Shown: positions 36,501 through 44,900 of the stretch, piece by piece
Numbering within the stretch: position 1 is the stretch's first letter
How the letters are laid out: every line of letters begins with the position of its first letter
Source: a virus
Virus record (IMG/VR): IMGVR_UViG_3300045988_133735
Direction: 5' to 3' (one strand)
DNA: 64,000 nt
Notes under the pieces: model-generated
The model's input: only the letters and a program-made list of their open reading frames with translations
Database searches by the model: none
What the model was told of the DNA's origin: nothing
Made by a program: the position numbers and the translations under genes

Positions 36501-39262
36501 GACTGGAATTCGTCTGTTTTACCAGTTGCTTCATCCAGCGCGGTATTTACACCTTCAATTGCATCCTTCAGTTGATTGAGCGAAATAGTCCCGTTCTTAG
36601 CGTGAGTGTCAAGATATTCAAGGACTTGATTGTACTGTCCGATCTTACCCGTGCCATCATTTGTAGCGGCAGCATGTTTTAGTTCTGCCTGAATCAGATC
36701 TCGACATGCAGTGGCATCTACAACCAATTCATTTCCTTGCTTTTTTAAACAAGAAGTATATTTGGAGTCAAGCCCCATGAGGGATTTCATCGTGTTAAGA
36801 CTTATGCTACCCCACTTGTTGTACTCCTCCATAGCAGAAGTCAGAGTGGACCATGCGTCAAGAAGTGTTTTAGAAGAATCCGCTGCCTTGTTCGAAGAAT
36901 CAGCGGCCTTTTTCGAAGAATTGCTAAACCCATCGAGCTGATTGCGTAAACCGGCAGCACCATTCATTGCGGCAGACATATTATTTCCAATAAGCGTTAA
37001 TCTGGTGTTCAATGCGTTCATAACACCGTCAATTTTAGCTTGAACAGCGTCAGCATCTTCTCCATTGGCTGCTCCCTGTGCAGCGGCTAATGCGGCAGCA
37101 AGTTCGCCTGTTCCGACAGTGGCATCTTTCAAAGCTGGGCATAAAGCAGTAAGCTTATTCTTTTCATCTTCAGTTGCTTCAGTAAATGTCTCGGCTTTTT
37201 CTGCAGCGTCTCCCTTTGCAATCGCATTTAGTTCTGATATCGCCTGAGAAATAGCTTCCATTTGAGCTTCTGCATATTGAGTTGCCAACAAATCTGCATA
37301 CGCACTTTGATTGACTTGGAGCTTTCCATTAACAAGTTCAAGAGTATTAAGATACTGGTCATCCATTTGTAAAAGAGCCTGCAACGAATCAACGCTCATG
37401 TACCCATACTGGTTGTATTCTTCAACAGCGCTAGAACAGGCTTTGTATGCTGATTGAATATTATCGATGACGCCCATTGTTTTTTCGAGTTTATCGGCGT
37501 AATCGTCAGCAGCTGCAGAGTTACTAATTTGCACAAGACCGAAACTTTCAAACACACCAATTAGAGACTCAAATGATATTTTATTCTCGTCTGCAGTTTT
37601 ATGGAGTTTTTCAAGCGCAGCTGTTTCGGTCTCAGTTTGATGAGAAGAGTCCTTATCAATGTTGATTATTGCCTCGCCACTCATTCCACTAAATGCATCA
37701 AGCCCATTGAATGTTTTCCAATCGCTTTGCTGAGAATCACCATTGTCGATATCATTCTTGATTTGTTTTATTTTTTCTGAGAATATATCAAGATTGGTAG
37801 TGTCAATACCTGTATTATCCTGTGCATTCGCCAGAGCTTTAGTGGCTGCAGTCATTGCGTTCGTGCCGGCAACATATTCGTCCTTGTACTGAGTGAAACT
37901 GTCAGCGTCAGTCTCGTAGCTGTTCATTTGCTCAGACACGGCAGAGGAAAGCTCTTCAACCTTGGTTTTCTGGGATTTAAAAGTTTCATTCAGAGCATCG
38001 AGTTCTTTCTTTTTATTTGCATACTCTTCAGAATCTTTTCCGCTAGAAGCTTCAATTTGGTCAAGTTCAACCTGAAGATTACGACGTTTTTGAGTAGTAT
38101 CTTCGAGTGCTGCTGCATACTCATGGAGAGATTCAGTCTTAGAAACTTTCTCTGCAACCTGATGAGTGCCAGCATTTGCACCACCCTCGGCATAAGAAAC
38201 ATTTACTGTGCGGGATTTCACAATACTGTCTTCTGTTTTATCATTCACAACAGCACTTGTGTCGGCATTTGCTTTATCGTTCGCGTCCTTCTCCAGTTGC
38301 TTCTTGAGTTCGAGTTGAGCCTGCAACATATCGTTGATGGCTTGTAACCGCTCGCGCTCGGCAGGATCAACGATATCCTCGATCTTTTTAACACCAGCGT
38401 CCTTCAGAGATTTGTTAAGCTCGTCAATCTTGGACTGAATCTCTTCAACATCCTTAGTGGCTTGCTGTGCAGCATCGTGAGAATCATTCATTGCAGCGAC
38501 AAGTTCTTCAGAATGCGTTTTTAGGTTCATAAGATAATCGACAATTTTAGTTGCGATAAAGGCAACAGCAGCTACACCAAGAGAGAGGAGAAGTTGTTTG
38601 CCATATTGAGCTACTACATTCCAGGCCTTTTGAGCCGCAGTAAGAGCTACTGTGGCGACCGTGCTCATCTGTTTAACGCTAATTTCTTTCAAGAATGCTT
38701 GAGAAAGTTTATAGACACCATTTTCTTGTTCTAAAATTCCAGCGTTGAACAGTTGTTGCGTTTTACTTGCATCGGAACAATGATTGGCGTAATCTTCCAT
38801 CAAAGCAATAGCATCTTGTGTGTTTGGAAGTGCGAGTACCCCTTTAGCGTCTTTTAACCCGCCTGCCTTCATGAATTCGTTCAGAACACCATTTGTAATG
38901 CCGTCTTTTTGAGATGCTATTTGTTCAAATAATTGAGAATTGAATTTTTCACCTGTTTGAACAGCATTTTTTGTATTTTCAATATAGTCCTCTAAGCCTT
39001 CATCAAAAGAAGACAAACTGAGAAATGCTTTTTGTTGAGCTTCGTCAAGATTTACAAATTGCGCAATAAATCCATCAATGCTTCCAATATCGTTAAAAAT
39101 TGAATGACTATCAAATTTTTTTGCATTTCCGATTTGATAATTTCCCAAGAGCATATATTTCTGAAGGATTTGCGGCAAATCTTTAAGCTGCTCTGACGCT
39201 TTTAATGTTTTATCAAGAGATCCATCTAAGGTCGTTAATTCACCTATTGACTTGTTGATTGT
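33581..39262 (-). CDS. tail tape measure protein, exon 2 (1893 codons)
   Basis: No RBS or ATG at its 5' end, and the frame is open 30 codons upstream of the TTG. Shows TMP-type coiled coils, the Gly-rich hydrophobic block GGKLLAGAGKLIGTAGSALAAAG, and repeated YN(Q/K)(Y/W)G..S...(L/M).(A/S)L. Joined to exon 1 by the predicted splice. Confidence 0.8.
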   Translation of the reverse strand, partial: TINKSIGELTTLDGSLDKTLKASEQLKDLPQILQKYMLLGNYQIGNAKKFDSHSIFNDIGSIDGFIAQFVNLDEAQQKAFLSLSSFDEGLEDYIENTKNAVQTGEKFNSQLFEQIASQKDGITNGVLNEFMKAGGLKDAKGVLALPNTQDAIALMEDYANHCSDASKTQQLFNAGILEQENGVYKLSQAFLKEISVKQMSTVATVALTAAQKAWNVVAQYGKQLLLSLGVAAVAFIATKIVDYLMNLKTHSEELVAAMNDSHDAAQQATKDVEEIQSKIDELNKSLKDAGVKKIEDIVDPAERERLQAINDMLQAQLELKKQLEKDANDKANADTSAVVNDKTEDSIVKSRTVNVSYAEGGANAGTHQVAEKVSKTESLHEYAAALEDTTQKRRNLQVELDQIEASSGKDSEEYANKKKELDALNETFKSQKTKVEELSSAVSEQMNSYETDADSFTQYKDEYVAGTNAMTAATKALANAQDNTGIDTTNLDIFSEKIKQIKNDIDNGDSQQSDWKTFNGLDAFSGMSGEAIINIDKDSSHQTETETAALEKLHKTADENKISFESLIGVFESFGLVQISNSAAADDYADKLEKTMGVIDNIQSAYKACSSAVEEYNQYGYMSVDSLQALLQMDDQYLNTLELVNGKLQVNQSAYADLLATQYAEAQMEAISQAISELNAIAKGDAAEKAETFTEATEDEKNKLTALCPALKDATVGTGELAAALAAAQGAANGEDADAVQAKIDGVMNALNTRLTLIGNNMSAAMNGAAGLRNQLDGFSNSSKKAADSSNKAADSSKTLLDAWSTLTSAMEEYNKWGSISLNTMKSLMGLDSKYTSCLKKQGNELVVDATACRDLIQAELKHAAATNDGTGKIGQYNQVLEYLDTHAKNGTISLNQLKDAIEGVNTALDEATGKTDEFQSGMEILHDLSKIDNANGEQIADYDTLKKVTELVTKHPELDGIFLDENGNLNVDDDKIKKAAEILVGKIINAANDSGQTGLAKLWSNRLEQLNKGDISMTDFWNGFGTDIEDANTKIDKFQSTFSAFRSALEEIQETGSLKSQDTLQELGQIDQSFLDQFIQDDGTYKINATGLRDMYVKQLEPLMKEFDGTVYGDYLKKMYDAVRAPTEEEYDVLVKATLEYKVAKEKYDRAVGRIDSSDASDEDKEAAKKAALDELTAVYNQKYQDVQETDAQVMAKLIAHWEDAKNAVESFKSALSDAKDILSSFLSLLSSANDKSNNDLKIWGDAMGKVIDKRIEALNKQKEALEENNEATERAIELSKAQDALARAQQQRTTRVYTENGYEWQANAEDVRTAREDLADKQREWNNKDAEKAIDDQIKKYNEFKDKLSEVMDDIGKSWKDYQKELEYTAQIQKMSLSQMEGSLDGYHNKIIASLNTGSAITGIQNLITNLESLINTLTKLNNLYSMFKTGEYKDLGTKGLWNTIKGFLNNGGEKAASSGTSYVNAAKQAVNAVKTTLVDTATETGTALKNILTTANNNITKQVVSSGNGIINAFTNIWNTIKGGAQSLFGGSGEGGGIVSTVVNGFKAVGNAVSKSKIGSTILGGIGKVGTTLLSGGGKLLAGAGKLIGTAGSALAAAGPAAIPILAAGGLGIYGGTKAMKNQKKIWSNKEDGFGKKAIKSVASFFWDISPIGGIVNLCKDIFGKSKETAENTKDTANSSSETAENTQKSATNLTINATQIVSKEENKATDETDKKNDATANEDKTVKTAATTLTGAGLGAAAGMAIGGPVGALIGTLLGGFAGFFLGGHANGLKSSKTNHFANVDERGSELIVRKPASGRYTYLETGDGVVPADITSRLFEMGGNPDKWFSDQLAKHSSASMVQSRDAGGISLSIGDVNVNNPVGDSDALARELVNRLPNKVVQELNRR

Positions 39263-39275
39263 CAAACTGTATACT
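39247..39275 (+). promoter_or_regulatory. sigma-A promoter for the + strand intron cassette, straddling the 3' splice site
   Basis: TTGACT (39247-39252, inside exon 2), 17-nt spacer, TATACT (39270-39275, inside the intron). Confidence 0.55.
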
Positions 39276-39323
39276 AATCTTAGTGGTCGGCAAAGATTAT
39301 TTGTGAAATAGGTGATAAGAATT

Positions 39324-39929
39324 ATGAGAATTGGTGAAATCGAAGCAGATATTGACTATAGACACGGCAAAGCGAATAAATGGGGCTTTTGGACAATAGG
39401 AGCTTTAACTGCTGAGGGAAAAAAGATTCTGAAAAAGTATCCAGACTATAAAATCCTAAAAGATGATTGGAGAGTAAAAAATGATGACGAATTTTTTGCA
39501 TCAGTTGTTTATGCCTATATGGTTGATTGTATTTTACAAGAATACAGCGACAACGAATATTTAATGAATGAATATGTAAAAGCAACCGAAGATAAACTAG
39601 CGACTCGCCCAAGCGGAAAAGGAGAGATGTCTCGCAAAGGTATAAACGAAGCATTCTTAAAGTCGTTCGAAGATTATATAAAAGAACAAAATAATCCCGG
39701 TATACTTAAAAGAGAACAAGAACAAGAAGAAAAAGAAAGAGCAGTAGCGCGAGCGCTTTCAGCCGAATACGAAGCAAAACATCCTCATATCACTTGTCCC
39801 TACTGCAAATCCACGAACACCGAAAAGATCAGCACCGTGAGCCGCGCTGTGTCTGTGTCCCTCGTGGGCGCTGCCAGCGGGAAGATCGGCAAACAGTGGC
39901 ACTGCAAAAACTGCGGCAGTAATTTTTAA
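39324..39929 (+). CDS. intron-cassette protein C: unknown N-domain plus C-terminal zinc ribbon
   Basis: AGGTGA RBS before ATG 39324. C-terminus reads CPYCKSTNTEKISTVSRAVSVSLVGAASGKIGKQWHCKNCGSNF. Confidence 0.55.
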   Translation: MRIGEIEADIDYRHGKANKWGFWTIGALTAEGKKILKKYPDYKILKDDWRVKNDDEFFASVVYAYMVDCILQEYSDNEYLMNEYVKATEDKLATRPSGKGEMSRKGINEAFLKSFEDYIKEQNNPGILKREQEQEEKERAVARALSAEYEAKHPHITCPYCKSTNTEKISTVSRAVSVSLVGAASGKIGKQWHCKNCGSNF

Positions 39930-39941
39930 AGGAGAATTAAA

Positions 39942-40277
39942 ATGAAAGTCAATCAGGACATTATGAACCTCATTTGCAAGCTTGAATACAGAATTGGCGA
40001 CACATGTGCAAATAGCGACTCGTACAACGGATGGACTGATGAATGGGGCGCTGATTTTCGGTATCCTGTAACCGTTGACGGCCATGGGAAATTCAGAGGT
40101 CGAATTGACGATCTTGGACTTGAACCGGAATCGCTTGGCGATATCTATTATAAATTTGGCGCAAACGAGATGCATATTGGGTACGGTATCAAGCATGTCC
40201 TAGAAGAGCTTGAAGATTTATATGGTCTTGATTTTGTAAAGCTTGAAGCAGAGCGGAAAGCAAAAGCGCAGAAGTGA
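39942..40277 (+). CDS. intron-cassette protein D (hypothetical, 111 aa)
   Basis: AAAGGAG RBS 8 nt before the ATG. No family recognised. Confidence 0.5.
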   Translation: MKVNQDIMNLICKLEYRIGDTCANSDSYNGWTDEWGADFRYPVTVDGHGKFRGRIDDLGLEPESLGDIYYKFGANEMHIGYGIKHVLEELEDLYGLDFVKLEAERKAKAQK

Positions 40278-40353
40278 TTGTATTACCAGCAAAACCTAGT
40301 AAACAATTCTATCGTAAGAACTGTGGGTATGAATGGTAAGGATGTGAACCAAG

Positions 40354-40920
40354 TTGTCTTTGGTGATGGCAATTGTATGCACTGACGGAATCGTTGTATC
40401 TGGCGATTTTAGAAGATCGAGATCTATCACAAATCCACAAACAGGGGATAAACAAGTTGTAGAATTTTACGACGATACGCACAAATTGATTAAAACAAAA
40501 TCCAATCGTGTAGTTGGCCATACTGGAGACTACTCTTTCAACAGCGGAGAATTAGTAGAAGACACGATATGCAGTGTGCTGCAATTGACAGACGCACTGA
40601 ATTCTCCAATTGATAGTGAGTTTGCGTATCTTGTTAGCTCCATTAGACATAACAAAAACTCACTCATTGAAGCTGGTATTATAAACGGACATAGAATTGT
40701 ATTGACATGGAAACAAGGCGAACCAATTAAACAGATAGTTATAAAAGGATGCGCAATTGGAGATATTGATGTATTCGAAAAATATAAAGAGGAATTCGAA
40801 TGTGAAATACAAGATATAACAATTAAAGAAGCTGTCCCTTTATTGCAAAAATATAACAGACTGATTGCGAGCGAAACGCCTACGATTAGTCCAGACTGTG
40901 AAGTAATGATCATTGAATAG
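40354..40920 (+). CDS. intron-cassette protein E: HslV / proteasome-beta-like Ntn-hydrolase homologue
   Basis: MSLVMAIVCTDGIVVSGD aligns by eye to HslV MTTIVSVRRNGHVVIAGD, placing Ser2 at the Thr nucleophile position with the GD at 17-18. HKLIKTKSNRVVGHTGD fits the Lys33 / AG.A.D region. TTG start. Confidence 0.45.
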   Translation: MSLVMAIVCTDGIVVSGDFRRSRSITNPQTGDKQVVEFYDDTHKLIKTKSNRVVGHTGDYSFNSGELVEDTICSVLQLTDALNSPIDSEFAYLVSSIRHNKNSLIEAGIINGHRIVLTWKQGEPIKQIVIKGCAIGDIDVFEKYKEEFECEIQDITIKEAVPLLQKYNRLIASETPTISPDCEVMIIE

Positions 40921-41088
40921 TTATGCTTGCCACCCGGAACAAACACATTTTATATAGTTTGCCCCATCTTTGGATAAAATATAATATTCGTCTTCATGCG
41001 GCTCGATACAGTTAATATTTTCTTCTTTTTCAAGTTCAACAAAACCTTTTTGATTACTTTCGCGATAATAAAATTTCTTATATGTCAC
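40921..41088 (-). CDS. intron-cassette protein B (small, start uncertain)
   Basis: GGAGGAG RBS 5-7 nt before the in-frame GTG at 41088. The longer track ORF (to 41160) would have to encode the terminator hairpin. Its stop abuts the stop of gene E. Confidence 0.3.
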   Translation of the reverse strand: MTYKKFYYRESNQKGFVELEKEENINCIEPHEDEYYILSKDGANYIKCVCSGWQA

Positions 41089-41107
41089 TGTATCTCCTCC
41101 TTCCATC

Positions 41108-41154
41108 GAAATATAGCAAAAGCCCGGCCTCCCAGCAATAGGGAAGTCGGGCTT
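41108..41154 (-). terminator. strong hairpin terminator after gene A (may act in both directions)
   Basis: AAGCCCGACTTCCC (41154-41141) pairs with GGGAGGCCGGGCTT (41133-41120) at 13 of 14 positions, followed by TTGCTATATTT on the - strand. Confidence 0.55.
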
Positions 41155-41179
41155 GTTCATTATGATGACTGCACAGCAG

Positions 41180-41512
41180 TTACTTCAGAAGTTCAGCAAT
41201 CTCTTCAGCAGTCATACCGCTGGCCAGTGCATTGGCAACAATATCTTCTGCCTTTTTACGATTCAGCTCTGCCGCAATCTTTTCGTCAGCATCAGCCTTT
41301 TTCTTTTCGAGCTTTACAATCTCTTTGTTGAGTTTTTTCAACTCTGCTTCTTTTGCTTTACGCTGGGCGTTCAATGCAGCGATATTATCACCAATAGTTG
41401 CAATCTCCTGAGCAATAGATTCTGCGGCAGTATTCTTTTCAGCGATCTGTGCTGCGTAATCGATACCATCGAGAACCTTTGCTTTATTCTTGCTTCCTTT
41501 AGTACGTGCCAT
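41180..41512 (-). CDS. intron-cassette protein A: Lys/Ala/Glu-rich coiled-coil protein (110 aa)
   Basis: GGAGG RBS 9 nt before the ATG. Has its own consensus promoter and terminator. N-terminus MARTKGSKNKAK is basic; C-terminus is SGMTAEEIAELLK. Confidence 0.6.
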   Translation of the reverse strand: MARTKGSKNKAKVLDGIDYAAQIAEKNTAAESIAQEIATIGDNIAALNAQRKAKEAELKKLNKEIVKLEKKKADADEKIAAELNRKKAEDIVANALASGMTAEEIAELLK

Positions 41513-41566
41513 AATAAAATACCTCCACTACATGCGTTTTGTTTACATGTTGTTTTTAATATTTTT

Positions 41567-41595
41567 ATTATAGCCAGAAATACTAAGATAGTCAA
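41567..41595 (-). promoter_or_regulatory. consensus sigma-A promoter inside the intron (drives gene A)
   Basis: Minus strand reads TTGACT (41595-41590), 17-nt spacer, TATAAT (41572-41567). Confidence 0.65.
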
Positions 41596-41611
41596 CAAAA
41601 ATATTTTTCCA

Positions 41612-41988
41612 CTTTTGACGGCAGGGGAAAGACCGCCTGTAATTTTTCCGCTGGAGCGTGTTGCGCCAGCAGTGATTTGGAGCACCCCATAGTGAATCTG
41701 CGGCGTTGTTACGCACGTAGTTCCACTCCGACATTATGCTCTCTGAAGCGTCTCTGGCAGTGCCTATTATAATAATGTAGGCGCATGCAGAGCTTGCCTG
41801 CGGATTCCTTTCGGTTCCCGGACGAGAATTACCCAAACTCGCCGTGGCTAGGCCACCATGTTCGTCGGTTTTACTAAATACTCCCTCATGCTTCGCAATG
41901 ATATAATAAAATACCTGCGGAGCACTTGTTCCGTGTCACCACCCGGAGTATTGCTGGGCACAATCATGAAACCCGTCATTTTGGGTTT
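41612..41988 (-). ncRNA. group I ribozyme core (P1 to P9)
   Basis: CATTGCGAAG (41900-41891) resembles the P element. AATCCGCAGG (41806-41797) resembles Q. TTCAGAGAGCATAATGTCGG (41747-41728) resembles R (Tetrahymena GUUCACAGACUAAAUGUCGG). P7 is G(A)GAGCA (41743-41737) with TGCTCC (41684-41679) and a bulged A. P9 is GCTGG/CCAGC (41670-41650). The segment is GC-rich relative to its flanks. Confidence 0.7.
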
Positions 41989-44900
41989 ACCCAGCTGAGT
42001 TGCAAATGCTGTGATGCCCAGTCCAGCAGGAAGGGCACCAGTGAGATTAATGATTTTATCAAGAAGTTTAACAATGGATGTGAGGAAAGATACGCCGCCC
42101 TTCACGAGGCCAGAAGAGAGAACGTCTTGAGAAAGGACTTGGAAGCTTGCATCGAGCTGTGCGAGACGGCCATTGATACTGTCGAGATACTTCTCGTTCT
42201 CTTCCCATGCCACGTTGGCGCTGTTAGCAGCGGATTCCATAGCAGATTCAGCAACGTCAAAGTTGTTTAGAATAGCACTAACTGCATTTGCGTTTCTCTT
42301 TCCGCCAATCATTTCAGTAACATTTGCCTGCGTTACATCGGACAGACCACTCCATACTTGAGACAGCTCTTTCATGATTTGATATGTACTCTTGAAATTT
42401 TTGCTATCCAGCATGATGTCAACGCCAGTCAGAGATTTCAGTTCACTGCGGAGCTCAGACACAGAATTGGCCATACCGTCAACTTCAATACCTGCATTCT
42501 CTGCGTCACTTTTAGCAGCACGGAGATACATTGACAAACTTTTTAAAGTTGTACCGACCGTATCTGCATCTTGGATAACTGCGTTTGCAGCAGTACCAAG
42601 CGCGATAGTTTCTTCCAGCGTATTATTAGCGGCCGACATAGCAGCAGAACTGCGAGTCAAGATTTCGCCAAGGTCTTTTGCAGTAACGGGCTGTGTATTT
42701 GCGACAGCGTCAATTTTATTAACGACATCTTCTGCTTGATCGGCTAACAGTCCAAAGCCTTGTAAAGTAGAAATCAAATACGAAGACGAGGTGTTAACGT
42801 CATCGATATTATCGCCAACGTTACGAAGTAGGGTAGAGTAGGTTGCTAAATTCTCGGCGTCTTCATCAGAATAACCAAGCCGCTTCCAATCTGCGGTTGA
42901 ATTAACATAGTCACTTATAGATACGCCTAACTTTTGAGCCTGTTCTGCGGCACGTCCCATATACTCTTCAAGGGATTTTCCTGTATACTCACTGACTTTT
43001 CTTAACTCAGTTACTGCCGTATCAATTTCGACCACATTCTGATACACGATCCGCAACGCGTCTTGCATCTTGTGCAGTGCTGCCATAGTGATCATAGTAC
43101 TCAAATGCTGGCCAAACAGTTTTTCGAACACATCAAGCAGATTTTTTGATTCGAGACCCAACTTTTTAGATTCAGCGCGAAGCTCTGCATATTTCTTTTT
43201 CAGTTCACCAATTTTCTCTGGTGCGTCACTTTGATTCAATGCTTCAAGCAACTCATAGAGAGACTTTCCAACGTCTGTTCCGTCAAGCTTTTTATGTTCT
43301 GCAATATAATCATGAATAGTTGCCTTCAGATTAGCGACTTCCATTGATGCCTTATTTATAGATTTTTCACGAGAGGCTTCTTTATTGAAATCTTTTGCTT
43401 CTTGTGTTGCTTCTCTATAGGCGAGGTGTAATTGATTTATTGCATCCGTTACAGAATTAATTTTATCTGGAGATATACCAAGGTTATTCTGTGCCCATCC
43501 TTTGGCAGCTGATACCGGATCTGAAGATTCGTTTATCGTATCGAGTAAAGTTTTGAGCTTTGAATCTTTTTCTTGTAGTTTGCCATAAAAAGAATAATCA
43601 GTACCATAATTCTTCTGGACATCCTTCATTGTGGCCCTATTTTGAGATATTGCATCGCTGACAGATTTTAAGTTTGATATCTTTGTACTTTCTCGTTTTG
43701 CGGCTTGGTTTTCCGCCTCTTCGACGGCTTTAACTTTTCTTTCGATTTCTTCCCAAATCTTTTTGACTTCTACAAGTTTTTCTTTATAAGCGTCAGTTTG
43801 AGGCTCAAGCTCATTTAACTGCTTGAGAAGATTATCGATACCATCAAATTTGACATTCTGGAGACTTCCATCGGCCTGCATCTGTCGAGCAACTTCAACA
43901 CCCTCGGCAATTTTGATACCTTCGCGTTCAAGTTTCTTATAATTGCTCTTCCAAATGGTGTATTGCGCGTTGGCTTTGTAAGATTCACGCTTTAGCTCAT
44001 TATAATCAACTGCATAATTCTCGTATGTGTTTGGATTTTGAGCGCTAAGTGTGGCCGCTTTGGTGATAACTCCATTAATAGAATTCTTTAATTTCTCGTT
44101 AGAACTGCCAGAGGCTTCTTCTGCAAGCTGATAGAACTTCTTTTCAATACTATCAACGGCTTTCGTAAGGTCTTTTTGCTTCTTTTCTACGGTATCTATA
44201 ACTGCCACAACAGATTTCCAGTTTTCTTCTGCGGCTTGAATTGCGTTGTTGTACTCTTCTGTACCAACCTTTGCTTTAGCGATCTGTGATACAAGTTCTT
44301 GCTGCTTTTGAAGCGCGACTTGGATATCCGTCGCCGTTTTACCCTCCGCTGCGGCTTCTTCTACTGTTCCATAAGTTTTTTGAGCGCCGGACAGTTGATT
44401 TACAAGATTTTGATATTGGTCGTTGCGTTTATTTTCTACGGCACGATTAGATGAACGGTATTCCTTTTCAGCCAAATCTGCTATATCGCGAACGTCTGTA
44501 AACTGATAGGGATTTACACCAGTGGAATCTTGGAAATTAAACATCAATTCAGAAAGACGAGTTTCTTCTTCTGCCAACTGCTTGTTTACTTCATCCAAAT
44601 CCTCTTTATCTTTTGCATCAACAAATCTACCTCTTTGTTTTTGCAGAGATATGATTTTCTGATAACTTGAAACAATATCGTCGATAGCTTTACTTCCATC
44701 AGAATTATCCTTCTTCTCTTGTGCAATAATATCGCGGGCAAGAAGTTTATTTTCTGCTTCTTCTTGCTTTTTGGTTGCCTCAGCGGCTTTTTCTTTCGCT
44801 TCTGTTTCTTCTTGTAATGCTTTTGTCGCTTCTTGTTGAATCTTTATGGCTACCTGTTGTTTTGCAATATCAAATTTATTATCAGAACTTGCTTGTGCAT

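Larger units (their letters stand above)
39263..41988 (-). mobile_element. group I intron (2,726 nt) in the tape-measure gene
   Basis: P1: exon CUGGGU (41994-41989) pairs with GCCCAG (41959-41954), with a U-G wobble at the cleavage site. P10: GAUUGU (41965-41960) pairs with ACAAUC (39262-39257). Omega-G is at 39263. The junction is in frame. P/Q/R-like core motifs are present (see the ribozyme feature). Confidence 0.75.

Noticed and set aside
39270-39300. AAGATTAGTATAC just upstream of the 3' splice site as the group I S element / P7 3' strand
   Set aside because: It resembles the consensus AAGAUAUAGUC but is not complementary to the P7 5' strand GAGAGCA. TGCTCC at 41684-41679 is complementary, and it is followed by a P9 hairpin.
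39276-41566. A homing endonuclease inside the intron
   Set aside because: I looked for LAGLIDADG, GIY-YIG, H-N-H and His-Cys box motifs in all five cassette ORFs and found none by eye. A profile search is still needed.
41153-41836. Track ORFs 41153-41692 (+), 41371-41685 (-) and 41543-41836 (-)
   Set aside because: They overlap gene A, its promoter or the ribozyme core. They have no RBS and low-complexity or odd composition. They are shadow ORFs in a GC-rich structured region.
41848-41988. The last 47 codons of track ORF 41848-47481 (KPKMTGFMIVPSNTPGG...KPTNMVA) as a genuine C-terminus of a first tape-measure protein
   Set aside because: The sequence begins exactly at the predicted 5' splice site. 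It covers P1, the guide sequence and other paired segments of the ribozyme, and its composition is unlike the rest of the protein. I read it as intron read-through.
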